Shown piece after piece: positions 28,546 through 37,289 of a stretch of 64,000 bases of DNA. The position numbers were made by a program, and so were the translations under genes. This DNA is from Candidatus Bathyarchaeia archaeon (GTDB lineage Archaea > Thermoproteota > Bathyarchaeia > Bathyarchaeales > Bathycorpusculaceae), in assembly GCA_038883715.1 (NCBI GenBank), contig JAVZLS010000002.1, forward strand, positions 73,582-137,581. Reading direction: 5' to 3'. The notes under the pieces were generated by a model. It was not told where the DNA came from. It worked only from the letters and a program-made list of their open reading frames with translations, and did not search any database. The number at the start of each line of letters is the position of its first letter. Position 1 is the first letter of the stretch.

Positions 28546-30705
28546 ATGAAAAAAATCGAGAAAAAATCTATCATAGTAAGTTTTCTAACATTAATTGCAA
28601 CTGTTTCAATGGTCAGCTTCAACGGTATTGTGATGCGTGCAAATTCGTTGGAACTCCCGACACAATATCCGCTTGTTTATGTATATCCGGAGAATATTAC
28701 GGTCGGAGTTGGCGACTATTTTACAATAAGCGTTGTAGTGTATAACCTAACTAATATAAAAGTGCAAGATCCTGAGAACCCCACACAATGGATTCCATTG
28801 GGCAACTTATATGGATTTGACATACAGTTCAGTTGGGATCCAACAATTATAAAATATGTTAACTATACTGTAACAGTGCCTGTCAATAATTATTCAAATC
28901 CTGTTCCCCCAAGCCCCTACCCAGGAATTCTCTACAATCCCTACGTGGAGGTAAAAAATTTAGTTGACGAGGCTGGAAATATTCCAGGTGCTGCTGATCC
29001 GCGGGTAAGAGCATGGTTCTCTTACGCCTCGATGGCTCCAGCTCCAGCCTTCAATGGAAACGGAACAATATTCACAATGACTTTTCAAGCCATCAAAAGA
29101 GGATCAAGTCTCCTAGAAATAGTGGACTGCACCCTAGCCGATAGTTTCGGAGATGCAATTGCAAAACACAAATGCACTCAGTACGGCGGCCAGTGGCTTA
29201 TCCCCCCAAGAAATGGAGAAGTTGATGTAGGTGCTCCTCCAAAAGCGGATTTCACTTTCTGGCCAGACATTGGCGTAGTAAACTTACCAATAACCTTCAC
29301 AGCCATAGTAATTGGAAACACAAGCAACATTCAAGAATACATTTGGGATTTCGGCGACGGGACACAAGAAACCGTTCCACAACCAATAATACTACACACA
29401 TACACCACTCCTTCATTTGAGTATGGTGTGTCTCTAAAAGTTAGGGATGCTGAAGGTGTTGAGAGCCGCCCTGTAACTCGTAAAATAACAGTTGTGCAGT
29501 CTCGAGACTTAAAAGCCACCGCCATTACATTGTCCCAGAAGGCTGTAAAACCAAATAGTCTATTCAGCATAACTGCTGCAATAGAAAATATGGGGACGGC
29601 TCCTTTTACTTTCGTTGAAAATTGCACATTAGAAATTTATCGTAATAATACATTTGTGGATCCCAATAACCCTGCCGATTTAGACCCCTTAAACTCAAAA
29701 TGGACAATAATAAAATCAAAATGGACGCTGTTAACAGCACCTTACCCACCTCCACAACATCCTTCACCAACAACTATAACCATATCCCTTAATAGCACAA
29801 CAGCATTCGGCGAATACACAACTGAAACTTTCTACTACTTCCTGTTGCGTTTAGTAGGAGTACCTGAAGGATACGAAGCTGATCAAACAAATAACATCGC
29901 TGTATCCGATTATATAATGTACACAATTCACGACATTGTAATACTCAAAATAGCAAGCGTAGACTATGGATATGAAATAGGTAGGACATATAAAAGGCCC
30001 TTAATCGAAGGCGAAAATGCGACATTTAAATGTACAATTATAAATCAAGGAGTTATAACAGCCAACTTTACGGTTATTCTTCGCCTAAATGACACTATTG
30101 TAGGGACAATTGAAATTTTCAATCTTGAATCGGGAACCAGTTCGACGAGTAGTTTTAGGCGCAAAATTGAGTCCAGAGGTAACTATAACGTTTCAATAAA
30201 TATTGCTAGTGAAAACGAAGGCATTATAGCTGATATGTGGCAAGGATGGCTCATAGTGATTAAACCACCAATAATAAATGTTACTGTCAGCAATCAAAAT
30301 CCCACTGTAGGCCAAACAGTAACTTTCGAAGCTTCAGTAAATGTTCAAGAGCCTAACACCAATATCACACTTTACGGGTGGAAAGTTTACAAGCCCGACG
30401 TAGACCCCGAATCAGGGAGTGCATTTAAAACTTTTTGGGGGAATACAACGCTGAGTTTCTCTTTCGATGAGCCTGGCAAATGGACTGTTACCTTCGAAGT
30501 CTCTGATAGCCTAGGATTAAAATATGATCCCAGACGACCGGCGACAAAGGCTTACAGAGTTCTTCTTAGTATATCTGTAGGAGGCGGAGGCTTTCCAGTC
30601 GAATGGATTTTGGCCATCATGTTAGTTATAATTATAGCCGTTGCTTTAATTGTTTACAAGCGAAGAAAGAAAAAAGTTTTTCCAATATCAGAGGAAGAGG
30701 AATAA
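28546..30705 (+). CDS. Membrane-anchored scaffoldin-like protein: cohesin, PKD, CARDB/Ig-like, PKD, TM
   Basis: LYGFDIQFSWDPTII...FNGNGTIFTMTF cohesin; YIWDFGDG PKD; GGGG linker, TM, KRRKKK. Confidence 0.82.
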   Translation: MKKIEKKSIIVSFLTLIATVSMVSFNGIVMRANSLELPTQYPLVYVYPENITVGVGDYFTISVVVYNLTNIKVQDPENPTQWIPLGNLYGFDIQFSWDPTIIKYVNYTVTVPVNNYSNPVPPSPYPGILYNPYVEVKNLVDEAGNIPGAADPRVRAWFSYASMAPAPAFNGNGTIFTMTFQAIKRGSSLLEIVDCTLADSFGDAIAKHKCTQYGGQWLIPPRNGEVDVGAPPKADFTFWPDIGVVNLPITFTAIVIGNTSNIQEYIWDFGDGTQETVPQPIILHTYTTPSFEYGVSLKVRDAEGVESRPVTRKITVVQSRDLKATAITLSQKAVKPNSLFSITAAIENMGTAPFTFVENCTLEIYRNNTFVDPNNPADLDPLNSKWTIIKSKWTLLTAPYPPPQHPSPTTITISLNSTTAFGEYTTETFYYFLLRLVGVPEGYEADQTNNIAVSDYIMYTIHDIVILKIASVDYGYEIGRTYKRPLIEGENATFKCTIINQGVITANFTVILRLNDTIVGTIEIFNLESGTSSTSSFRRKIESRGNYNVSINIASENEGIIADMWQGWLIVIKPPIINVTVSNQNPTVGQTVTFEASVNVQEPNTNITLYGWKVYKPDVDPESGSAFKTFWGNTTLSFSFDEPGKWTVTFEVSDSLGLKYDPRRPATKAYRVLLSISVGGGGFPVEWILAIMLVIIIAVALIVYKRRKKKVFPISEEEE

Positions 30706-30739
30706 TCACCTCTCTTTTTTATTATAAAAAAAGTGAGGG
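30706..30739. terminator. Bidirectional intrinsic terminator between convergent genes
   Basis: CACCTCTCTTTTTT on + and CCCTCACTTTTTTT on -, forming an imperfect inverted repeat. Confidence 0.6.
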
Positions 30740-32227
30740 TTACTTTGAATGTTTTTTCATGCGCATTGCTATCGTTATCGTTATCATTAATGCTGTTATA
30801 GCGGTCAAAAACCATTGTAATGACGTGGCGGATTCTGGGATGACATTTGAGGTAATTAAAGCTACACTATGTAAACCTCCTGGGAGTTCAAAGTAAATGT
30901 AAGTGTTCTGTCCATTTTCTGTTATTGTTGGGGTCGCTCTCCATCCGTCTATTAGTAGTATCCATCCGTCTGTTGACCACATGAAATCTTTTGGAATTGT
31001 TATATTACAGTAGCCAACGTATCCTTCAGCGCCTGTTGCATCAAATAGTAACAATGGTACTCTTGGAGTGAATTCAATAGATGAAATTGAGGAATTACTT
31101 TCAATAGTCACCACATATCCTGGTAGTGGTTCGTATTCTGTTATTCCTATAATGTTGGCGAAACCGTTAACGACCGTGAATGGTATAGGGACGGAGCAAT
31201 CTGAATTATTGAAAGGTGGTTCTGGGCGTTCTGGATGCGGGAATGCAGCGAGGCTGAAGAGGTCTGCCAACTTTTCGATAGGGGCGCTTGCGTTGGCTTT
31301 AAAGGTGATTGTGCATAGGGTGGCGTCGCCGTAAGGTTCTACGTGAGTGCCGTTTTCATAGGGTATACCTAAAACTGCTAACCAAACTATTCCATCAGCA
31401 TTGTTTGTTTCATTCTTTATTATCATTATATCGCTCCAGAAGCTAGCAAACCAGCCATCAGGGTCGGCTATCACTTTTGTGGCTTCAAGTAATTTAGGGT
31501 CGTATTTTATTTTTATGTCAAAACCACCTAAATCCCAGTATGGGTCTAAGTTACGTATTGAGACATTTATGTCAAAGATGTGAGGTACTGGTCCCTTGTA
31601 GTTTATTGAAGAAATTTCTAGTGTTGGCCCTTGCGGTTGCGGGATCCCATGAAGTATTATATGTAGGTTAACAATTTCATGTTCTATAGGTTCACCGTAA
31701 AAATTAGCTAGGGTGCTACCTGTCACATTCACGTATATATGCGAATCGTAAATCATTGGATGCTTCTTTACACGGAACGTCATTTCAAAAGCTACGCCTG
31801 TCCCATTGAATTTTGCCGCTGGTGCCATTGAGGCTTCTGCGAGCCAGTACATGGTTCCTGGCTCTGCTCCTGGCATACTGGCTGATTCGTCCACATCGTC
31901 CTTAACAGGAACCGTGGGCGGATATAATATGCCGTCAGGCCACTGTCCAGACCCAGTTCCTTTTGGTATGTGTTTTTGGTGGCTTACATATTCTATGTAT
32001 TCTGTTGTCCATCCAACTTGAATATCTACGCCATAGAGCAGTGAAACATTTTCAATTACGCAGCGAACTGTAAAAGTTTGTCCAGTCGCATTTGCTGGTC
32101 CCAATTCAGAAACATCTGATACTATTTTTAGTTTGGTTGTTGCTTGTGCTTTTAAAATTTTAATGTTTGTAGTAAGCATTGCAACTGTTAGCAGAAAAGC
32201 TATTGTCGCGGCAATTTTCCTTTTCAT
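30740..32227 (-). CDS. Anchoring scaffoldin-like protein: two cohesins, C-terminal Ig-like domain, VIPE/TM sorting tail
   Basis: LYGVDIQVGW...FNGTGVAFEMTF; DLGGFDIKIKYDPKLL...ATLCTITF; NVIPES, TM, RMKKHSK (PEF-CTERM-like). Confidence 0.82.
   Translation of the reverse strand: MKRKIAATIAFLLTVAMLTTNIKILKAQATTKLKIVSDVSELGPANATGQTFTVRCVIENVSLLYGVDIQVGWTTEYIEYVSHQKHIPKGTGSGQWPDGILYPPTVPVKDDVDESASMPGAEPGTMYWLAEASMAPAAKFNGTGVAFEMTFRVKKHPMIYDSHIYVNVTGSTLANFYGEPIEHEIVNLHIILHGIPQPQGPTLEISSINYKGPVPHIFDINVSIRNLDPYWDLGGFDIKIKYDPKLLEATKVIADPDGWFASFWSDIMIIKNETNNADGIVWLAVLGIPYENGTHVEPYGDATLCTITFKANASAPIEKLADLFSLAAFPHPERPEPPFNNSDCSVPIPFTVVNGFANIIGITEYEPLPGYVVTIESNSSISSIEFTPRVPLLLFDATGAEGYVGYCNITIPKDFMWSTDGWILLIDGWRATPTITENGQNTYIYFELPGGLHSVALITSNVIPESATSLQWFLTAITALMITITIAMRMKKHSK
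31828..31990 (-). repeat. Shared cohesin segment, copy 1 (other copies ~33837-33999 and ~38773-38935)
   Basis: Near-identical DNA encoding YVSH.KHIP.GT..GQWPDG.L.PPT.PVKDDV.E...MPGA.P...YWLAEAS in three genes. Confidence 0.85.
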
Positions 32228-32320
32228 TTCATCACCTTAGCCATTATTTGGTTCTGATGAGTATAAGAATTTTACTGATTTTAAATTCAGAAAACCTGTT
32301 TCCAAAAAAAGGAGGGGTTG

Positions 32321-34240
32321 TTAACAGCGCTGTCCATATTTTGATGAACACGTTACAAGGTCTAAAATGTTAATGAAGCCCCATGGTGGGGCTATGTCTG
32401 CATCTGGGTTCCAGTTAGGGTCTCCTTCATGTGTGCTGTAAGATATTGTAATGGCTACTATGTCGAGAATGTCTATTACTCCGTCACCGTTAACATCGCC
32501 TATCATTTTTATTTTCACCCATCCGTCATGGTAAATGTTGTTTTCCAAGTTTATCTCGTAGGGTACTGGTGAGGCTTCCGCCCATGCTGTAAGGTTGCTA
32601 CATGGCGTTAAACCAGAAGTGTTCCAGTTGAACGTCAGTGTTGTGTTTGTCCAAGGAGCTAATGTCACTGTTTGAACACCCACTTTTATTGTGCCAGCGT
32701 ACAGCGTTACGTTAAAGGTCTCAGTTGTCATGTTTCCTCTGTTCATCGCCACAACTTCAATCGTGACAATTCTACCTGGATAGACCTTGTTGGAAGACGT
32801 AACAGTTACGGAAATAATTGCTACATCTCTGAGAAGTGTTGCAAAGAAGCCATCCTCTGTTTCATGCCGCATTGAGTTTCCAGTTTGGTCACTTATTCTC
32901 GTGTCAAAAAGATCCAGTACTGTCTGTCCGTAGTCTTGAACCATGAAGAAAATATGTGTTACAGTTTTTGCTTCATAAATTGAGAATGGTTCTGCAGGCT
33001 GGTAGTACTGTACGTAAACGCGTATCAGCCCGGCGATGTCATTAATGTTCATTTCTACTGTGAAGTGTGTATCGTTGTTTGGCGGAACTATTATTGCTCC
33101 TAGGCATGTTAGAACGTTTGTGTCGTATGCGAGTTTAAATTCGTAGTCATACATGTCAATAGCGTTTTCGATCATTATATCTATTGAAAATGTGTCGCCA
33201 GGTTTCATCGTTGGATCTATGAGCTCTGGTGGATAAACAAACATTCTGGTTATTAGCATGTTGTTGAAGTATCCATCATTTGGCTCGTAAATCTCTATTT
33301 TGCCTCCTTCGCTGTTCAGTAATGTCACGTCATGCAAGTCAAGGACGGTTTCTCCTTTATCTAGTATGTGGAATGTTATGTTAGCTAAGTACAAGTCGCC
33401 GCTAACTGAAATCTGTGGAGGTGAAAGCGAAGAAGATACTTCTATTTGGCCTTCCTCCTTTGTTATTATTGGCGGCTGGAATATCGGATTAACACCAACT
33501 GTGGATACTTCCAACAAAGTGCCATTGTATCCAAGCCAGAAGTCAAATGCGTGTAAATCTTGAACATCCTCAACTTTTATTGAAACCGTGAAGTATTGAC
33601 ATGGGTTCAATGTAGAGTCAACAATCCTTCTGGGATCTACGGATACATAGGCCGGCGGAGGCGGTGGTGGTACATAATTAATAAATAGTCCATCAATTAG
33701 AGTGACTGGAATTGGATCTCCATTCTTGTCTGCGAGGGTGCAGGCGGTGAAATGGAGAGGCGACTTACCTAAGCCGACAACCGTGAATTTCATTTCAAAG
33801 ATTACTCCACTTCCGTTGAAAGGTTTAGCTGGTAGTATTGAGGCTTCTGCGAGCCAGTATCTTGTTCCTGGTTCTGCTCCTGGCATACTGGCTGATTCGT
33901 CCACGTCATCCTTAACGGGGATTGTTGGTGGATTGAGTACGCCGTCAGGCCACTGTCCTGCGCTCGTCCCCTTAGGTATGTGTTTTTGGTGGCTTACATA
34001 CTTTATTATTGTTGGGTTCCATGTGAATTGAAGGTCTATACCATACAAGTTTGTGACGTTTGCTATTTTGACTTTTATTGTGAAGTTGGCTGGCGGCATT
34101 AAATCTTTAATTTCAGGCGGGTCAACATAAACTACCGCTTGCTCTTGTCCTCCGGAGCTTGATGCTCTGGGTAGGAAAAGGATGGCACTTAGCACTAGAA
34201 AAGCTATCAACATGACTATTTTCATTCTTTTTAGTTTCAT
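32321..34240 (-). CDS. Adaptor scaffoldin-like protein: three cohesins, CARDB, dockerin
   Basis: LYGIDLQFTWNPTII, LHAFDFWLGYNGTLL, MYDYEFKLAYDTNVL; RDVAI...N.G..TETFNVTLY CARDB; GDVNGDGVIDILD...ADIAPPWGFINILD; ATG 34240 preferred. Confidence 0.85.
   Translation of the reverse strand: MKLKRMKIVMLIAFLVLSAILFLPRASSSGGQEQAVVYVDPPEIKDLMPPANFTIKVKIANVTNLYGIDLQFTWNPTIIKYVSHQKHIPKGTSAGQWPDGVLNPPTIPVKDDVDESASMPGAEPGTRYWLAEASILPAKPFNGSGVIFEMKFTVVGLGKSPLHFTACTLADKNGDPIPVTLIDGLFINYVPPPPPPAYVSVDPRRIVDSTLNPCQYFTVSIKVEDVQDLHAFDFWLGYNGTLLEVSTVGVNPIFQPPIITKEEGQIEVSSSLSPPQISVSGDLYLANITFHILDKGETVLDLHDVTLLNSEGGKIEIYEPNDGYFNNMLITRMFVYPPELIDPTMKPGDTFSIDIMIENAIDMYDYEFKLAYDTNVLTCLGAIIVPPNNDTHFTVEMNINDIAGLIRVYVQYYQPAEPFSIYEAKTVTHIFFMVQDYGQTVLDLFDTRISDQTGNSMRHETEDGFFATLLRDVAIISVTVTSSNKVYPGRIVTIEVVAMNRGNMTTETFNVTLYAGTIKVGVQTVTLAPWTNTTLTFNWNTSGLTPCSNLTAWAEASPVPYEINLENNIYHDGWVKIKMIGDVNGDGVIDILDIVAITISYSTHEGDPNWNPDADIAPPWGFINILDLVTCSSKYGQRC
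33837..33999 (-). repeat. Shared cohesin segment, copy 2
   Basis: ATTGAGGCTTCTGCGAGCCAGTA, TCTGCTCCTGGCATACTGGCTGATTCGTCCAC and GGTATGTGTTTTTGGTGGCTTACATA are identical to copy 1. Confidence 0.85.
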
Positions 34241-34334
34241 TTTCCCTTCTCCTCTGCCTATTTTTTGTTGCAAGAAAAACTTAAAGGTTATGGAAGATAG
34301 TTCTGGCAAGTCTTTGCATGTTCTATTACTGGTA

Positions 34335-36116
34335 TTATTTTCTTTTAAATTTAAGCGCTATTACAATCGCCAAGACGGTCAGCACAAGTATAATTAAAAT
34401 AGTGTAATAAGGTGTGTAGCCTTCCGGCTTTGAACTTTGTTCAACCTCAAAGGTTTTTGTTTCACTCTCGGCTGGCATAACATATTCGTTACCTTGCCAG
34501 CTTACCTTTACAGTATAGTTTCCAATGTTTGGGGGCGTCCAAATGCATGTATAGTTTCCAAAGGCATCTGTTTGAGCTGTTAAATTCCAAGTATTTGGAC
34601 CGTCTGAGATCGTGATGTTAACGTAAACAGGATTTTCTTGTAGGGGTGTCACGTTCCCCTTTATTGTTATGTTTTGCCCTAAAGTTAGTTTTTCTGGTTC
34701 CACTTTTATTGTTATTATGCTTTTTAGTTTTTCTACGGTTATTAAGCCTGTATTATTGCTTGAACCATATGTTGTGTCGTCGCCAGGCCAGCTTGCCGCG
34801 AGTATGTACATTGCTGGTTTCTCTGGTTTCCAGCTGTGAAAGTAATATCCAGTGCTGTTGGTTTTAACAGTTGTAAGGTTAAGCCATGTTGTGAATTGCA
34901 GCGGCTGATAAACCCTCATATATCTTATTGTTATAGTTTGGTTTTCTTTTTCCGGTGTTAACTTGCCTATTATTGTTATTTCTTGACCCCATTTAATTGT
35001 TTTTGGGGTGGCTGAAATTGTTATTGTGCTTTTTAACTTGTCAATCTGTATTTGAATGGTGGTTGAGTCTTTTAGGCCATGATTATCTGTAACGGTTAGC
35101 GTTACATTGAACTTACCACATTTCGAATAATTATGTTTTATAATTGGATTTTCTGTTATTGTAGTGTTTCCATCGCCAAAATTCCAAATATAGCTTATAA
35201 TATTGCCGTCCAGATCATAGCTTTCTGTCGCATTGAATGTGACTTCATCGTAAATTTTGGGTTTTGGTGGGCTTATTGAGAATTTTGCTATTGGTGGCAA
35301 AAGTGTTGAAGGCTTCATTAATGGTAAATAATCCGTCGCTCCTCCTGTTGTGTGAGGCGTATCGCCTATACCATCGCCATTGTTATCTACTCCCAAATAG
35401 TCGCTCCAGTAGTTTCCGCCTATCGGATAAGTATTGTTCCACTTAGTGTTTGTCCCACGATTCACGGGGTCAACTTGCTGGTTGTTGTTGACGAAATTAT
35501 TGTGGTAGAACCAGTTTGCATTGCATGATTGCTCTATCCAAACGCCGATCTGATTCTTCATAATATTGTTGCCAACAAAAGTATTATTTTGACTATATGC
35601 ACGCAAAGTTACTGCATACTCGTTTTCACGCAAAGTACAATTAAAAACTCTGGAGTTGTTAACATTGTGGAATATGAGTCCCCGGTAGTTGTATTCTATT
35701 ACTAAATTACTCAAGTAAACATTTTGGGCATTAGAAATTAGTATACCCGTTTGTTCCAGTTCTCTTAGATTTTGGACTGTCAAATTTGCAATAATAACGT
35801 TTGATGCGCTTATTTTCATGGTGACTGCAAGCATTCCGTCGATGCTGTAAATGATAACGTTTGATGCGCTTTCTCCGACTAATACAAGGGTTTTGTTGAC
35901 TTCTATTCCATTCGTACTGTTTATGTAATATATTCCGTTTTTAATGAAAATTATGTCTCCCTCATCTGCATGGTTGATTGCCTCTTGGATTGTTGAATAG
36001 TCGTCAGGAACTGTGATTGTCTTTGATGTTTGCCCTTGATGTATAGGAAAAGCTGATATGAGCGAGTATAACATGACTATAGTCAAGAAAATATTTAAAT
36101 ATCCGCGCTTATCCAT
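34335..36116 (-). CDS. Surface protein: NosD/right-handed beta-helix, PKD, two Ig-like folds, TM anchor
   Basis: TVPDDYSTIQEAIN, GGNYWSDY.G.D.NGDGIGDTP, YIWNFGDG, two KLKS.ITI...W.G repeats, C-terminal TM. Confidence 0.85.
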   Translation of the reverse strand: MDKRGYLNIFLTIVMLYSLISAFPIHQGQTSKTITVPDDYSTIQEAINHADEGDIIFIKNGIYYINSTNGIEVNKTLVLVGESASNVIIYSIDGMLAVTMKISASNVIIANLTVQNLRELEQTGILISNAQNVYLSNLVIEYNYRGLIFHNVNNSRVFNCTLRENEYAVTLRAYSQNNTFVGNNIMKNQIGVWIEQSCNANWFYHNNFVNNNQQVDPVNRGTNTKWNNTYPIGGNYWSDYLGVDNNGDGIGDTPHTTGGATDYLPLMKPSTLLPPIAKFSISPPKPKIYDEVTFNATESYDLDGNIISYIWNFGDGNTTITENPIIKHNYSKCGKFNVTLTVTDNHGLKDSTTIQIQIDKLKSTITISATPKTIKWGQEITIIGKLTPEKENQTITIRYMRVYQPLQFTTWLNLTTVKTNSTGYYFHSWKPEKPAMYILAASWPGDDTTYGSSNNTGLITVEKLKSIITIKVEPEKLTLGQNITIKGNVTPLQENPVYVNITISDGPNTWNLTAQTDAFGNYTCIWTPPNIGNYTVKVSWQGNEYVMPAESETKTFEVEQSSKPEGYTPYYTILIILVLTVLAIVIALKFKRK

Positions 36117-36158
36117 TTATGGTCGCCTTTTTAGATTAAGAGTCCGAATACATCTCTA

Positions 36159-37181
36159 CTAATATTTCTGTCCATATTTTGATGTTACAACTACTACGTC
36201 TGAGATATCTATTTTTCCACTTGGTTGGAGGTCCACTTCTGGGGTCCAATTTGGGTCTCCGCTTTTTGAGCCATATTTGGAGGTCACAAGTACTACGTCT
36301 ATTATGTCGATATTGTGATCATAGTTCACGTCGGCTAGTATTTGATGTGCTCTTGTGAAGGTTATTGTTCTGCCACCTGTGTATCCTTGTGAGTTTGCGC
36401 GTACATGAACAGTATAGTTTCCGAAGGGAGCTCCGCTTATTTCATCTGGCGGAAGTCTAAATTTTACATAGTATCCGTTTGATTCTTCCAATTTTCCTTC
36501 TGTGCTATTTATGCTTAAAGTTGCTGCCCCTCCACTGGTGGTTATGAGGAAATTAGCATATTTTTCAACAGTGTATGGGATACCTCCTTTTCTAGGCCAG
36601 TCTGAGAAGACGCATGCATAGAATTTTGCGTTCCCTGTTGAGATCCATGTGTAAAGGGGAAATTCCGGTTTATATTCAATTGTACTGTTGGGCAATATGT
36701 CTGTTTCTAGGAATTTTACGGATGGAAGTATTGGTGTTGAGTCGTTGTCATAGGCGACAACCGTTATTATAACATGCCTTTCTGCAAGTAGGTCGTTGCT
36801 TTTAATCACCACTTTAACGTGCGCGCTTTTCCCTCTGATGAATGTGTATTTTGGATTTCCATATATATCGCATGGGGTAACTGAGACTATTTCAATAATG
36901 TTGGTTAATGTTGGCGAGCCGGCGGGCACAGCTCTAGTCACTAATGTTTGATTATTTGGGTTTACTACTTCGACGCCAGCTATGCCGCTTACTGGGTTAC
37001 CCATTAGCTGTAATTCTCCATATATTGTTACAAGATTTCGGTATGTGTAGGATGTTTTATCGGTTCTTGCTATTACATCTAACCATTCAACCGATAGGGC
37101 GTGAGGTATGCTTAAATAAAAAATCGATAATGTTGCGTTTAACAAAATTATTGTGAGAATTGGAATCAAAATTTTCCTCAT
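36159..37181 (-). CDS. Secreted Ig-like domain protein with C-terminal dockerin
   Basis: Signal peptide; TDKTSY; ADVNYDHNIDIIDVVLVTSKYG...VDLQPSGKIDISDVVVVTSKYG. Confidence 0.82.
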   Translation of the reverse strand: MRKILIPILTIILLNATLSIFYLSIPHALSVEWLDVIARTDKTSYTYRNLVTIYGELQLMGNPVSGIAGVEVVNPNNQTLVTRAVPAGSPTLTNIIEIVSVTPCDIYGNPKYTFIRGKSAHVKVVIKSNDLLAERHVIITVVAYDNDSTPILPSVKFLETDILPNSTIEYKPEFPLYTWISTGNAKFYACVFSDWPRKGGIPYTVEKYANFLITTSGGAATLSINSTEGKLEESNGYYVKFRLPPDEISGAPFGNYTVHVRANSQGYTGGRTITFTRAHQILADVNYDHNIDIIDVVLVTSKYGSKSGDPNWTPEVDLQPSGKIDISDVVVVTSKYGQKY

Positions 37182-37254
37182 TCCCTCTCCCCTCTAAAAC
37201 TTTGAATTTTGTATTTAATTAATGTTCTGGATTATTCTTCTATCTTCTATGTTT

Positions 37255-37289
37255 ATTAAATAAAAAGGGGGGATGGAGGTGGGTTTATT
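37255..37289 (-). terminator. C-rich plus oligo-T archaeal terminator
   Basis: Minus strand reads AAACCCACCTCCATCCCCCCTTTTTATTT right after the stop of 37290..39176. Confidence 0.5.

Noticed and set aside
32253-32280. C/D box sRNA-like TGATGA...CTGA
   Set aside because: Too short, no second box pair, and it overlaps the promoter region of the minus-strand gene
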